Assembly (NCBI GenBank): GCA_040954595.2
Contig: CM082579.2
Coordinates: 12,091,834-12,155,833, forward strand
Origin: Balanoglossus misakiensis
Lineage: Eukaryota; Animalia; Hemichordata
DNA length: 64,000 nt
Reading direction: 5' to 3'
In this document: positions 63,523-64,000 of the stretch, one piece after another
How the letters are laid out: every line of letters starts with the position of its first letter
Position numbering within the stretch: the first letter of the stretch is position 1
Position numbers and translations under genes: made by a program
Notes under the pieces: model-generated
What the model saw: the letters and a program-made list of their open reading frames with translations, nothing else
Told to the model about the DNA's origin: nothing
Database searches by the model: none

Positions 63523-64000
63523 ATATGATGGTTAGGGTACACAATCAAAACAACACATTCACTAATGAATTGGTTTATTGTTCAAGGTACAGAGCAACAG
63601 AATATTTTGGTAATTTCAACAACAGCCAAAAAAGAACCACTTAGCGGAGAATTAGGCTAGTTATACTTTGCGAAACAACGAAACAGCGAAACAACGAAAC
63701 CACAAAAAACATAAACAACACAACAAAAGATCGAAACCTCAAAATGACCTTATTTTCGACGAAATACAAAAGTTACGCGGCAGCAACTGACACTATTTCC
63801 TTAAATACCACAGGGCGAAGGAGACATGAATTGCAATTAAGATAATAAAGAAATTTCGACAATGATACTATGTTTTGTTTGTTACATGTGTTTCTATATA
63901 TAACTACTACTTTTTGTCTCACCCCTCATCAGTGTTTGACCCTCGAAAGCTTACGGACACTACCAAATAGGCCTGCTTTGTTTCAACTAATCCTTCGCCC

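Overview
AT-rich, intron-rich metazoan genomic DNA. It looks like a marine invertebrate, possibly a deuterostome such as a hemichordate (inference from repeat style and gene content only). Genes read by hand from splice sites and reading phases: (1) the last three coding exons of RECQL5 (+, SRI domain). (2) A convergent 13-exon minus-strand gene for a ~640-aa polycystin-1/PKD1L-like ectodomain (signal peptide, 2 C-type lectin domains, GAIN/GPS). It stops 18 residues after the HL|T cleavage site, has no transmembrane part, and has a 1-nt frameshift in lectin exon 2. (3) An intronless muscarinic/histamine-like class A GPCR. (4) A two-exon, TATA-driven Gag-like CCHC zinc-knuckle gene. (5) A TNF-receptor-family gene without a death domain, with ISRE motifs upstream. 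Also present: two small clusters of two different 5S rRNA variants with related spacers; a ~3.7-kb 50-bp minisatellite that expanded inside a duplicated exon-like unit; and many transposon relics (Kolobok, PIF/Harbinger, AcademH-like, pogo-type and Crypton/Eulor-like hairpin elements, plus Gypsy, RTE, hAT and LINE fragments). No database searches were run; family names come from recognising motifs.
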